NCBI GenBank assembly: GCA_964600575.1
Contig: CAZRJH010000001.1
Coordinates: forward strand, 223,683 to 287,682
Origin: an uncultured Gammaproteobacteria bacterium
GTDB lineage: Bacteria; Patescibacteriota; Microgenomatia; UBA8517
Reading direction: 5' to 3'
Length of the DNA: 64,000 nt
Shown one piece after another: positions 1 through 9,020 of this stretch (position 1 is its first letter; each line of letters begins with the position of its first letter). Made by a program: the position numbers and the translations under genes. The notes beneath the pieces were generated by a model. It saw only the letters and a list, made by a program, of their open reading frames with translations. It was not told where the DNA came from and did not search any database.

Positions 1-5
1 TAGTT

Positions 6-779
6 ATGCTTAGCGGAATGCCCGCTCATTTAACCTATGAAGATATCGTATTAAACAATCCGACAAACGATAAACGAGTTTTTACTAATGGAAGAATCGG
101 ACAATCGGAAGCGGATTTTTACGAAGGCCATCTCCTTATTGAGCATGAGTTAGAAAAAGGAATTGTTTTATTAAGAGATGCTTTTGAGGAAGCAAGCAAT
201 AACCCGTTATCACCTGTAGTTGCCGAGGCTTTAAATCAAAGTCAAAACTCCTTAAAGTTTTTAGTTGAATATACGGGCAGAATCGGAAGAGATATGTCGA
301 TTGAGGATTTTAAATATTTTAGAGCCTACTTACAGTCCCACCCCAGAAACGGACTTTCGGGGCCAAGCGGCCAGTTTACTGCCAGGGTTCCCTTAACGGA
401 GGTGCTTTTGGTTGGAGACAGATTGGGGTCGGGACACTCGGACTATTTTGACAAATATAGACAATACTTCCCTGTAGACGGTATGAAGCAGATAGATAAT
501 TATTTCCAAAGATCGGTTAACGAAGGCAGTCTTTTAACTAAGCTGCAAAAAGCCGGCAACCCTGAACTAAATAAGTTAATTCTTGCTAACTTAAAACTAA
601 TCATGCAATTTAGAAATGCTCATATGAAGGCGACCAAAAGACAGCTTTTAGACGGAATAACCGGCCCTGTTAGAGGTACAAGCGGAGTATCTGATATCGA
701 GGTTTTTTTGCGCGGAAGAATAGATAAATTTCAAACAATTATAGATAGTTCATTTTCGAACCATTTACAAAATGAGTAA
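6..779 (+). CDS. PrnB / indoleamine 2,3-dioxygenase-like heme protein (probably 5'-truncated by the window edge)
   Basis: Motifs FRAYL, GPSGQF, FRNAH (proximal His) and C-terminal GTSG resemble the IDO/PrnB family. The frame is open to the window edge. Confidence 0.7.
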   Translation: MLSGMPAHLTYEDIVLNNPTNDKRVFTNGRIGQSEADFYEGHLLIEHELEKGIVLLRDAFEEASNNPLSPVVAEALNQSQNSLKFLVEYTGRIGRDMSIEDFKYFRAYLQSHPRNGLSGPSGQFTARVPLTEVLLVGDRLGSGHSDYFDKYRQYFPVDGMKQIDNYFQRSVNEGSLLTKLQKAGNPELNKLILANLKLIMQFRNAHMKATKRQLLDGITGPVRGTSGVSDIEVFLRGRIDKFQTIIDSSFSNHLQNE

Positions 780-1524
780 AGAAAACGACAATGTCGGTCA
801 TGGCGAATTCGAAGTAAAAGCTTTTGCCGTTGATTACGAGGTTATTGCTGATACTTTTATAGATACAAAGGGAGCTGCCGCTTCACTCGTAAAGATGCTG
901 CCAAAAAACTCAACTGTTTTTGAGTTGGGTTTAGGAACGGGTTATTTTGCACAATTTCTTTACAACGAAGGTTTAAATGTTTCCGGAATCGAACCTTCCA
1001 AAACAATGGCTTCCGAACTAAAACAGAGACATCCTTATATAACAATTGCCGCAGAGTTAGCTTTAGAGAATTACGATTTTGATACAAAGCACGAAGCCAT
1101 AGTCTCTCATAGTTCGATTTTCCTCTTTACGGCACCTCACGAGGATCCGGCCTTATTTACGGACCAAGATCTGATATTTCAATCCTTCCTGGTGGATGAG
1201 GATAAAAACATAGAAAATCTTCAAAAAGTCCTATCAGCCTTAACCGATAAAGGAAAACTTTTTATAAATATACAAACAAACGCAAAACCGTCGACGGTTA
1301 TTAACGAACATTTAACATTTAAAATGCTTGAATGTGATTACAATTTTTCTTCAAAAAGAGTTTCCAAACTGTTTGCTTTGGTAGCAGATGGAGAAACAAA
1401 GCTCATGGGTCCGGATGTCTCTTACGTTTTACGATGGCATGATTTTTCCGGTTTAATAAACGGCTTTGGTTATAAAACAGAGGTCTCAGAAGATAAAAAG
1501 TGGGTAATAATATCTCGTATTTGA
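772..1524 (+). CDS. Class I SAM-dependent methyltransferase
   Basis: ELGLGTG motif I followed by GIEPS; start overlaps the end of the upstream ORF. Confidence 0.85.
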   Translation: MSKENDNVGHGEFEVKAFAVDYEVIADTFIDTKGAAASLVKMLPKNSTVFELGLGTGYFAQFLYNEGLNVSGIEPSKTMASELKQRHPYITIAAELALENYDFDTKHEAIVSHSSIFLFTAPHEDPALFTDQDLIFQSFLVDEDKNIENLQKVLSALTDKGKLFINIQTNAKPSTVINEHLTFKMLECDYNFSSKRVSKLFALVADGETKLMGPDVSYVLRWHDFSGLINGFGYKTEVSEDKKWVIISRI

Positions 1525-1549
1525 CTTTCTGCCAAAAGCTAAATATACT
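1521..1549 (+). promoter_or_regulatory. sigma70-type promoter of the Trp T-box leader
   Basis: TTGACT (1521-1526), 17 bp spacer, TATACT (1544-1549). Confidence 0.75.
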
Positions 1550-1560
1550 CTTTTAAGTTA

Positions 1561-1780
1561 AAAGCACTTGAGGTGAGGGAATGGACTCACCGAGCTGACC
1601 TGTGAATCATCGAAAGAAAGTAGCAGGCTCCGGAGGACACCGTAACAAGTCAAGACTAATGTCGCTAAGGCGGAGTTAGTTACAAAGGTCCGACGAGTGA
1701 TTGTCGGACAAACAAAAGGTGGCACAGCGAGAGATCTCGCCCTTATTACCGAATTTTCGGTTGTGGAGGCGAGTTTTTTT
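1561..1780 (+). promoter_or_regulatory. T-box riboswitch, Trp specifier (UGG), ultrashort Stem I, transcription attenuation type
   Basis: Stem I GGTGAG/CTCACC with loop GGAA-TGG-A; Stem II CCTG..GAA..AGTA..CAGG; IIA/B pseudoknot CGG-AGGACA-CCG..GTC; antiterminator AAGG-TGGCACA-GCGAG-AGAT-CTCGC-CCTT (1716-1744); overlapping terminator; upstream of a trpD-like gene. Confidence 0.9.
1736..1780 (+). terminator. Intrinsic terminator (attenuator) of the Trp T-box
   Basis: CTCGCC...ACCGAA-TT-TTCGGT...GGCGAG followed by T7; mutually exclusive with the antiterminator. Confidence 0.85.
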
Positions 1781-1790
1781 GTATCTAAAT

Positions 1791-3281
1791 ATGCATAAAG
1801 AAAGAATAAACGGTCAGGCAAAAGATGTTGCAGTCATAAGACTCAAAGGATTTCCTTATCAACAGGAAATGTTTGGTGTGAGGATAGACTGTTCCGAAAT
1901 CTTGGAAGATCTTACTGCTAATTCAGCCTACGAAGAACGGCTATCCAGAAACATAGCACTTAACGAAGAAAACCTTAAACCTCTATTTGAAAGCGGCTAC
2001 TATGGAATAGACGCAAAGATTAAAAAAGCGGAACCGTTAACTTACCCCGAGGCTTTTAGTTTAATGACTTTTGTGTCTATGGGCGTAAACAAGTTGGTAT
2101 ACAACCAGCTCCAGCCACGCATTTATTCGGGAATGCCAGAAGAAACAAGGCAAATGCTGAGTACTCCCGAAAGAATCTTCGATCAATCGATAGCACTTTT
2201 GTCGGCAATGTCTGCTAAAGAGGCTTTTGTGGGGCTTACCCCGGAGGAGATTGCAGGACTTACGGCAGCAGCTCTCGAAATAGATACGATTGTAAGAATT
2301 CCGGCTTCAAAAAGTGTTTTAGGGATAGGCGGAATGGGCGGAGATAGAGGCTATAAACGAAACGGCGACAACTCGAAACTGTTTAGTTTGTCAACGATGG
2401 GAGCAATCGTTGCTTCCAATTTTGGATATGTCCATAAACACCACTCGTATCCAAACACATCTAAAGTTGCAGGACAAAGTGCAATAGAAGCATTCGGTGC
2501 CATGTCTAATCAATCCACCCCTGAACAGTTTGTTGTTTTGCAGGAAAGTACTCAGTTGATAATGACTAGTTGCCATACCACAAGATTAATCCACACACTT
2601 TCACATAGACTAAAGGGGGAAACAATTAACCACATAGTTGGACCTCTGGCTATACCTGTAGACAAAAACACCGAAGTAAACGCATTTATAGGAGCCAACG
2701 ATAATGTACACCCTGAAACAATTATCGATTCATTAATTGTGATGCAAAAACACGGAGTTCAACGTTACGGCAACAGCGTATCTTTTTGCGGACTCAATAC
2801 AAACACTATTCCTGCAGAAATATTAAATCCTGACACTTACTACAAAAGTAAAGCAGCTAAATCACTTGTTGCAATAGACGAGGTTGCACCCCCGCCTTAC
2901 AAAACTCTGGCAGCTTTTATGGTTAGCGGAATAAATTTGGGAACTTTCGTAATCGAATCCTCTGATTTTATGGAGGATTCGGAACTCGCCGAAGTTCATT
3001 TGGAAAAATTACTTATTCCAAACACAACCGAAGCAATTATGAAAACCAACCAGGAGGCGTTAACTGGGGCCGATAAATCAAAATCCTATTACCTTGCTAT
3101 GACAGCTGCTTTGGGACTGTTTACTAAAGAATATGCTTCTAAACCCGGAGCTTTTGACCGAAAGTCACGAAAAGTTAACAGAGGATATTTAAGACATGCT
3201 TTTAAAAGATCTTTGGAGGCAATTTACTCCGGACAGGCATACAATAAACTTGTAGATTACGCCGAAGCCTCCAGAAAATAA
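1791..3281 (+). CDS. Divergent anthranilate phosphoribosyltransferase (TrpD/GT3 family)
   Basis: GIGGMGGD, FSLST, KHHSYPNTSKVAG, HIVGPL and DEV match TrpD motifs with substitutions. Start moved from 1701 to ATG 1791, just after the attenuator. Confidence 0.8.
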   Translation: MHKERINGQAKDVAVIRLKGFPYQQEMFGVRIDCSEILEDLTANSAYEERLSRNIALNEENLKPLFESGYYGIDAKIKKAEPLTYPEAFSLMTFVSMGVNKLVYNQLQPRIYSGMPEETRQMLSTPERIFDQSIALLSAMSAKEAFVGLTPEEIAGLTAAALEIDTIVRIPASKSVLGIGGMGGDRGYKRNGDNSKLFSLSTMGAIVASNFGYVHKHHSYPNTSKVAGQSAIEAFGAMSNQSTPEQFVVLQESTQLIMTSCHTTRLIHTLSHRLKGETINHIVGPLAIPVDKNTEVNAFIGANDNVHPETIIDSLIVMQKHGVQRYGNSVSFCGLNTNTIPAEILNPDTYYKSKAAKSLVAIDEVAPPPYKTLAAFMVSGINLGTFVIESSDFMEDSELAEVHLEKLLIPNTTEAIMKTNQEALTGADKSKSYYLAMTAALGLFTKEYASKPGAFDRKSRKVNRGYLRHAFKRSLEAIYSGQAYNKLVDYAEASRK

Positions 3282-3289
3282 TTAAATAT

Positions 3290-3985
3290 ATGATATCTGT
3301 TTACTCTACATTTGCCAGTGATACGTTGCTTAAAGACGGATCAAAAACCGTGCTTAACGGAGGACCGTTATATTTTATCGAGGAAGTTTTTAAAACTAGC
3401 GGAGTTTCCTATGAGTCACATTATGGCAAAAGTGCGTCGGTTGAGATAAAAATTAGCCGAGGAACGGAAATCGGGAAAATAACTAAAAAACCGGAGTATT
3501 TAGAAATCAACCCCCTCGACTCGGCCGATATTGTCTTGATATCTACAATCTTTGACGAGTGGAAATTGGACAACGCCGCGAGTTTAAAAGGAAAAATCAT
3601 TCTTGACTTACAAGGTTATGTAAGAAATCCTGATATTTTTGGCGGTAAAAAAAATCTTGAACTCCAAGACCAAGTATTAAAAAATATATTTTGCCTAAAA
3701 GCCACCAAACAGGAACTCGGCTACTTAGGTGAGTCACAAGTCGAAGATCAAAAAAAGCGGGTATTAATAGTCACCGACGGAGGAAATGAAATAGTGGTCT
3801 TTGAATCAGGCAAAAAAAGTTATTTTAAAGTAAACAAAACAGAGAATTTTAAAGACACAATAGGCGCAGGAGACACTTTTTTGGCAAATGTGGCACTAGG
3901 GCTAGACAGCAAAAGCGAAGTTGATGAGACAATTAGAGTTGCAATAGACAAAACTTTGGATTTTTTAAAGTCAAAAACCGAATAA
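3290..3985 (+). CDS. PfkB/ribokinase-family kinase
   Basis: N-terminal GG, DLQG, and the C-terminal signature DTIGAGDTF. Confidence 0.85.
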   Translation: MISVYSTFASDTLLKDGSKTVLNGGPLYFIEEVFKTSGVSYESHYGKSASVEIKISRGTEIGKITKKPEYLEINPLDSADIVLISTIFDEWKLDNAASLKGKIILDLQGYVRNPDIFGGKKNLELQDQVLKNIFCLKATKQELGYLGESQVEDQKKRVLIVTDGGNEIVVFESGKKSYFKVNKTENFKDTIGAGDTFLANVALGLDSKSEVDETIRVAIDKTLDFLKSKTE

Positions 3986-3989
3986 ACAA

Positions 3990-4811
3990 ATGAAAGAGCA
4001 ATCAAAATTTTTAAAACCGATAGACAATATAGTGCTCAGCGATTTAGACAATACTCTGGTAGAAGGAGGCATCCATTTTAACCCGGAGTTGGTTGTCCCT
4101 GCAGTGACCAAAGCAAAACAAAACGGATTTGTTGTAGGACTTAGCTCCGATACTCCCTACGAAGCTCTAGAGGTATGGAGAGATAGATTTTCCATGAACG
4201 GACCGATAATTGCAGAGAAGGGCCTTGTTGTCGGCTTAGAAAGCGGGCTCATATACAACAAATCAGATTCCGAAGCGTTTTTTAAAACCAGAAACTTAAT
4301 TGCCGAACAGTTTAAGATGCTTGGATTTGTAGTTTGGGAGGGAAATCCGGTTGAGGCATTAAGGTCTAATTTGCTAATCGGAGAACCGAATGACAGAGTT
4401 CTTTTAGTGAATAGCTTAAGAAAATGTAGCCTAGGTTTGTTTTTTAGGAAAAACGACCGAAGCGGAAGAATGACAATAGATGACCCTACAACTAATTTTG
4501 CAGTGGAAAATTCAAGGCAGTTTTATCCCGATTTTGATCTGGACGAAGATTTAAACACAAAACACGGTCTAGTCTTGGTTGCCAGAAAAGGTACAAATAA
4601 AAGAAGCGGAACAAAAATTTTGATGGATAATCTAAAATTGGAAGAAATAGGTATGGTTGGAGACTCAGACGGGGATTTTTTGGGCAAAGATATCGCAAAA
4701 CATTACGCAGTTGAAAACGCTTCGGATTCTTTTAAGTCTAAAACTGTTTATGTATCGGACAAACCACTTGCCTCCGGAGTTGCCGATATATTAGAAAAAA
4801 TTATTGAGTAA
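3990..4811 (+). CDS. HAD-superfamily phosphatase (Cof/IIB type)
   Basis: DLDNTL motif I, NK motif III, GDSDGD motif IV. Confidence 0.85.
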   Translation: MKEQSKFLKPIDNIVLSDLDNTLVEGGIHFNPELVVPAVTKAKQNGFVVGLSSDTPYEALEVWRDRFSMNGPIIAEKGLVVGLESGLIYNKSDSEAFFKTRNLIAEQFKMLGFVVWEGNPVEALRSNLLIGEPNDRVLLVNSLRKCSLGLFFRKNDRSGRMTIDDPTTNFAVENSRQFYPDFDLDEDLNTKHGLVLVARKGTNKRSGTKILMDNLKLEEIGMVGDSDGDFLGKDIAKHYAVENASDSFKSKTVYVSDKPLASGVADILEKIIE

Positions 4812-4826
4812 AATAAAACTAATTTT

Positions 4827-5663
4827 ATGAACAAATTAAATGAAATCTTGGGAACAGCTAAGCCTCTTTTGGGAATGATTCATTTTCCGCCCCTGATAGG
4901 GCACAAGGACTTTCCTGGATTTGACTATATTGCTACAAAAATGCTTTCCGAAGCAAAGATTCTTGAAGACTCGGGATATGATGCCATTATTATCGAAAAT
5001 AACTACGACACTCCTCATACGGAAAAAATAACACCTATGTCTGCTGCCATGTTCGGGGCTCTTGCTAAAATACTCGAAAACAAAATAAATATTCCGTTTG
5101 GCGTTGATATTCTTTGGAACGACTTTGAAACTTCGCTTTCTGTGTGTGCGTCTTCTAAAGCTAAATTTTTTAGAGTGCCAGCATTTGTAGACAGTGTTAA
5201 AACAGATTATGGAGTAATGGAGGCGAGAGCGGACGCCATTTCCGAACTCAGAAAAAGGTTAAACCTAGAAAACATAGGCTTATTTGCGGATATTCAGGTT
5301 AAACATTCGGAGATGCTCGACAAAAATAAAAGTTTATCGACATCCGTAAAAGAAGCAAAAGAAAAAAGCGCCGATGCCGTAATTGTAACGGGAAAGTGGA
5401 CAGGAGATGCCCCCAAAATCGAAGACTTAAAAGAAGTTAAAACTGCAGTCGGGGATTTCCCTATTTTAATAGGCAGCGGTTCGACCATAGAAAACTTAAA
5501 ATTGTTATCAATGTACGCAGACGGAGTAATTGTAGGAACCTTTATTAAAGACGGAGAAAATCAGGATAAAGAAAAAGAAATAAACCTAAAACCTTTTGAG
5601 GCAACGATATCAAAGGAAAAAGCTTCCGACTTCGCAAAAGAGTTTAAATCACTATTTAAATAG
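4827..5663 (+). CDS. BtpA/SgcQ family TIM-barrel protein
   Basis: GMIHFPPL, IIENNYDTP, ADIQVKHS, VIVTG..TG, LIGSG, ADGVIVGT family motifs. Confidence 0.9.
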   Translation: MNKLNEILGTAKPLLGMIHFPPLIGHKDFPGFDYIATKMLSEAKILEDSGYDAIIIENNYDTPHTEKITPMSAAMFGALAKILENKINIPFGVDILWNDFETSLSVCASSKAKFFRVPAFVDSVKTDYGVMEARADAISELRKRLNLENIGLFADIQVKHSEMLDKNKSLSTSVKEAKEKSADAVIVTGKWTGDAPKIEDLKEVKTAVGDFPILIGSGSTIENLKLLSMYADGVIVGTFIKDGENQDKEKEINLKPFEATISKEKASDFAKEFKSLFK

Positions 5664-5680
5664 TTTCTTCTCTCTTGCCT

Positions 5681-5709
5681 TTGACGTAAACGTTCATAAA
5701 GCCTAAAAT
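5681..5709 (+). promoter_or_regulatory. Promoter of tyrS (leaderless arrangement)
   Basis: TTGACG, 17 bp, TAAAAT; ATG 6 nt downstream. Confidence 0.65.
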
Positions 5710-5715
5710 CAGCAT

Positions 5716-6864
5716 ATGCAAATTAACGAAGTTCTAGAAAGGGGTGTCTCCCAAATTCTCCCTGACAAAAAGGGATTAGAGGACCTGTTGTCCAAAAAGA
5801 AAATAAAACTTTATCAGGGTTTTGATCCTTCGGCCCCCTCACTTCATTTGGGAAACTTTGTGGGACTAATGAAGCTTAGACAGTTCCAAAAACTAGGACA
5901 TGAGGTTATCTTTTTGGTGGGGGACTTTACGGGAATGATAGGCGACCCGACAGATAAACTTGCCACAAGAAAGAAATTAACAAGGCAAGAGGTTGCAGAA
6001 AACGCAAAAGCTTGGAGATCCCAAGCATCAAAAGTTCTTGATTTCGAAGGTGATAACCCCGCTAAGATTATTTTTAATTCCGAATGGAGCGACAAAATAA
6101 CTTTTAAAGATCTTATAGAAATAACTTCCAATCTTACAGTTCAACAAATGATTGAAAGGGATATGTTCCAGGAACGCCTTAAACAAAAAGCCCCGATTTA
6201 TTTGCATGAATTTTTATATCCCGTTGCCCAAGGGTACGATTCTGTTGCAATGGATGTTGATCTAGAAATCGGCGGAAACGACCAGCTTTTTAATATGATG
6301 GCTGGTAGAACTTTAATGAAAGCCATTAAAGGCAAAGAAAAATATGTTCTTACAACCAAGCTGCTCGTCGACAAAGAAGGTAAAAAAGTAGGTAAAACCA
6401 CGGGCAATGCGCTTTTTATGGATTCCACTCCTTCTGATTTTTACGCAGGAATATTATCTTTCCCCGATGAAGTAATACTTTTAGGATACGAGCTTTTAAC
6501 GGAGCTATCTGTAAGCGGTTTAGAGGAGAAAGTCAAAGAAAATCCTATGAAGGAAAAGAAAAATCTAGCTTTCGAAGTTGTCAGATTTTTATGGGGAGAG
6601 TCAAAAGCACAAGAAGCACAGGAAAAATTCGAAAAAACTTTCCAAGAGAGATCTCCCGAGTTTAATATCAAAGTAGATTCGGGTAGTCCGCTTGTTCAAA
6701 CAATTATTCCTTTCACATCCCTTGCGAGTGCCAGCGATGCTAAAAGACTACTTAAACAAAATGCCGTAGAAGTTAACGGTAAAAAAACTACTGACGGGTC
6801 GTATGTAGTGCAATCCGGTGACGAAATAAAAGTAGGCAGCAGGACGTTTTTAAAGGTCAAATGA
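5716..6864 (+). CDS. tyrS: Tyrosine--tRNA ligase
   Basis: GFDPSAPSLHLGN, GGNDQLFN, KVGKT (KMSKS equivalent), C-terminal S4 domain. Confidence 0.97.
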   Translation: MQINEVLERGVSQILPDKKGLEDLLSKKKIKLYQGFDPSAPSLHLGNFVGLMKLRQFQKLGHEVIFLVGDFTGMIGDPTDKLATRKKLTRQEVAENAKAWRSQASKVLDFEGDNPAKIIFNSEWSDKITFKDLIEITSNLTVQQMIERDMFQERLKQKAPIYLHEFLYPVAQGYDSVAMDVDLEIGGNDQLFNMMAGRTLMKAIKGKEKYVLTTKLLVDKEGKKVGKTTGNALFMDSTPSDFYAGILSFPDEVILLGYELLTELSVSGLEEKVKENPMKEKKNLAFEVVRFLWGESKAQEAQEKFEKTFQERSPEFNIKVDSGSPLVQTIIPFTSLASASDAKRLLKQNAVEVNGKKTTDGSYVVQSGDEIKVGSRTFLKVK

Positions 6865-6962
6865 TATCATCTAAAGGTAAAAAAATATTCAAAATCATAA
6901 TAATAGTTGCAACCATTGCTCTACTGCTTAGTGCAATTCTTCCTTTTGTTGCTTATATCTAA
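6861..6962 (+). CDS. 33-aa single-pass membrane peptide (DUF4044/Prli42-like architecture)
   Basis: MISSKGKKIFKIIIIVATIALLLSAILPFVAYI; ATGA overlap with the tyrS stop; fills the tyrS-recG gap. Confidence 0.65.
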   Translation: MISSKGKKIFKIIIIVATIALLLSAILPFVAYI

Positions 6963-6971
6963 GACTGCCGA

Positions 6972-8972
6972 ATGGATCTATCATCTCCAATAACCGATCT
7001 ACCAAAAGTAGGGCCCATATTATCCAAAAAGTTGGAAAAGCTGGGAATCAGGAAAATTAACGACCTTTTTTATCATGTCCCCTCCCGTTATCTTGATTAT
7101 TCTCAAGTAACCACTATTAACGGATTAAGGGTGGGCGAAGTTGTTACAATTCACGCAAAAATAGTTTCTATTGCAAATATTTTTTCCAAAAAGGGAAGGC
7201 GAATGCAAATAGGAAGTGTTGAGGATTCAACGGGCAAAGTTATGGTTGTTTGGTTTAATCAACCCTTTTTGGTTAAGATGCTTTACCCGGGACGGCTTGT
7301 TTCGTTGTCGGGGAAAGTAGGATTTTTTAACAGAAAGATTTGTTTAACTTCACCCGATTACGAAATTATGGAAGAAGAGGAGGGTGAGACTTTTCATACG
7401 GGTAAACTTGTGCCCGTTTACCCCGAAACTGCAGGACTTTCTTCCAAGTGGCTAAGGACATTAGTTAGAGTAGCCTACGGGAACGAAGGAGTTCAAATTA
7501 ACGACTTTTTGCCTAGGGATATTCTAGAAAGAGAAAACTTGGTAGGTATAAAAGAAGCTTTTTCCCTTGTACATTTTCCGAAAAAAGAGGGGGATGCGAT
7601 AGTAGGACGCGAAAGGCTGGGTTTTAACGAGCTGTTAAATCTTCAGCTTAAAAGTGAATATAGAAAAATAAACTGGAAACAAAACAAAGTTAAATACAAG
7701 CTTAAAATCGACGGGTCTGCACTTAACGAATTTATTAAAAGTCTTCCTTTTGAACTTACCGACTCACAAGGTAAAGCTATCGAAGAAATTATGGAAGACA
7801 TGGAAAAGCCGGTTCCCATGAATAGGCTTTTGGAAGGAGATGTAGGGAGCGGAAAGACAGTTGTTGCTGCCGCGGGTGCTTTCGCAGCATTCACTAACGG
7901 TTATCAATCCTTAATAATGGCCCCTACACAAATTCTTGCTAATCAACATTACGAAACGCTCAAAAAAATATTCGAGCCTTTTAATCTGCGAATTTCTTTG
8001 GTTACCTCTGCTAGTAAAAAGATTGAGCTGGGAAGAAGCGACATTTTTGTTGGAACACACTCTTTGATACACAGCAAGATCAGTTTAGACAAGGTTGCTT
8101 TTGTGGTAATAGATGAACAACATCGCTTTGGCGTAGAACAACGGGCTCATTTAGCTAAAAGGTCGGGTACGCCACATGCATTAACTATGACAGCAACACC
8201 GATTCCCAGAACGGTCGCACTTACAACTTACGGAGATTTAAGTTTGTCAGTCCTTAAAGAAAGCCCTAAAGGCCGCCAGATTGTTACTACTTGGGTTGTG
8301 TCCGAAGAAAAACGGAAAAACGCTTATGCCTGGATAGAAAAACAAATAAAAGAAACGGACTCTCAAGCATTTGTTGTTTGTCCTTTGATAGAAGATTCCG
8401 AATCCGAAACAATGACGGACATAAAGTCTGTTACTTCCGAATACGAAAAACTAAAAAAGATTTTTCCAAAAAGAAAGCTTGGACTACTTCACGGCAGAAT
8501 GAAGGCTAAAGAAAAAGACTTGATTCTTTCAGAATTTAAAAGCAAAAAAATGGACATTTTAGTTGCCACACCTGTTGTGGAGGTTGGTATCGACATACCA
8601 AACGCAACAATAATGGTTATAGAAGCTGCAGAAAGGTTTGGTTTGGCCCAATTGCATCAGCTAAGGGGACGTGTGGGTAGAAGCAGCAAAAAATCTTATT
8701 GTCTACTGTTTAGCAATATTAAATACTCCAAAAGGCTCAAGGCTATGGAAAAAACACACTCGGGATTCGAACTTGCCGAAATTGATTTAGAGTTAAGGGG
8801 ACCCGGAGAAATTTTTGGAACACTTCAATCCGGATTTTCCGAACTTAAAATAGCCGCATGGAACGATCACAAACTAATTAAACGGATTAAAGACTTGGCA
8901 GACGAGATAGTCAAAAACTCCAAAAAATTTCCGGAAATTACTAGAATGTTTAACGAAACTTCATTGATCTAG
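6972..8972 (+). CDS. recG: ATP-dependent DNA helicase RecG
   Basis: OB wedge domain, GDVGSGKT, DEQHRFG, MTATPIPRT, LHQLRGRVGR. Confidence 0.97.
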   Translation: MDLSSPITDLPKVGPILSKKLEKLGIRKINDLFYHVPSRYLDYSQVTTINGLRVGEVVTIHAKIVSIANIFSKKGRRMQIGSVEDSTGKVMVVWFNQPFLVKMLYPGRLVSLSGKVGFFNRKICLTSPDYEIMEEEEGETFHTGKLVPVYPETAGLSSKWLRTLVRVAYGNEGVQINDFLPRDILERENLVGIKEAFSLVHFPKKEGDAIVGRERLGFNELLNLQLKSEYRKINWKQNKVKYKLKIDGSALNEFIKSLPFELTDSQGKAIEEIMEDMEKPVPMNRLLEGDVGSGKTVVAAAGAFAAFTNGYQSLIMAPTQILANQHYETLKKIFEPFNLRISLVTSASKKIELGRSDIFVGTHSLIHSKISLDKVAFVVIDEQHRFGVEQRAHLAKRSGTPHALTMTATPIPRTVALTTYGDLSLSVLKESPKGRQIVTTWVVSEEKRKNAYAWIEKQIKETDSQAFVVCPLIEDSESETMTDIKSVTSEYEKLKKIFPKRKLGLLHGRMKAKEKDLILSEFKSKKMDILVATPVVEVGIDIPNATIMVIEAAERFGLAQLHQLRGRVGRSSKKSYCLLFSNIKYSKRLKAMEKTHSGFELAEIDLELRGPGEIFGTLQSGFSELKIAAWNDHKLIKRIKDLADEIVKNSKKFPEITRMFNETSLI

Positions 8973-9001
8973 TTGACAAAGTATTTTATAAGTATTATTA
9001 T
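8973..9001 (+). promoter_or_regulatory. sigma70-type promoter of the Arg T-box leader
   Basis: TTGACA (8973-8978), 17 bp, TATTAT (8996-9001). Confidence 0.75.
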
Positions 9002-9020
9002 AGGTTTACATTTTAATAAA

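Noticed and set aside
1558-1821. 87-aa minus-strand ORF and the 1701 start of the TrpD-like gene
   Set aside because: Both overlap the T-box RNA structure; ATG 1791 after the terminator is the plausible start.
5844-6671. Antisense ORFs within tyrS (and similar ones in recG, pilC, pilT, gyrB)
   Set aside because: Shadow frames of well-supported genes with no recognisable motifs.
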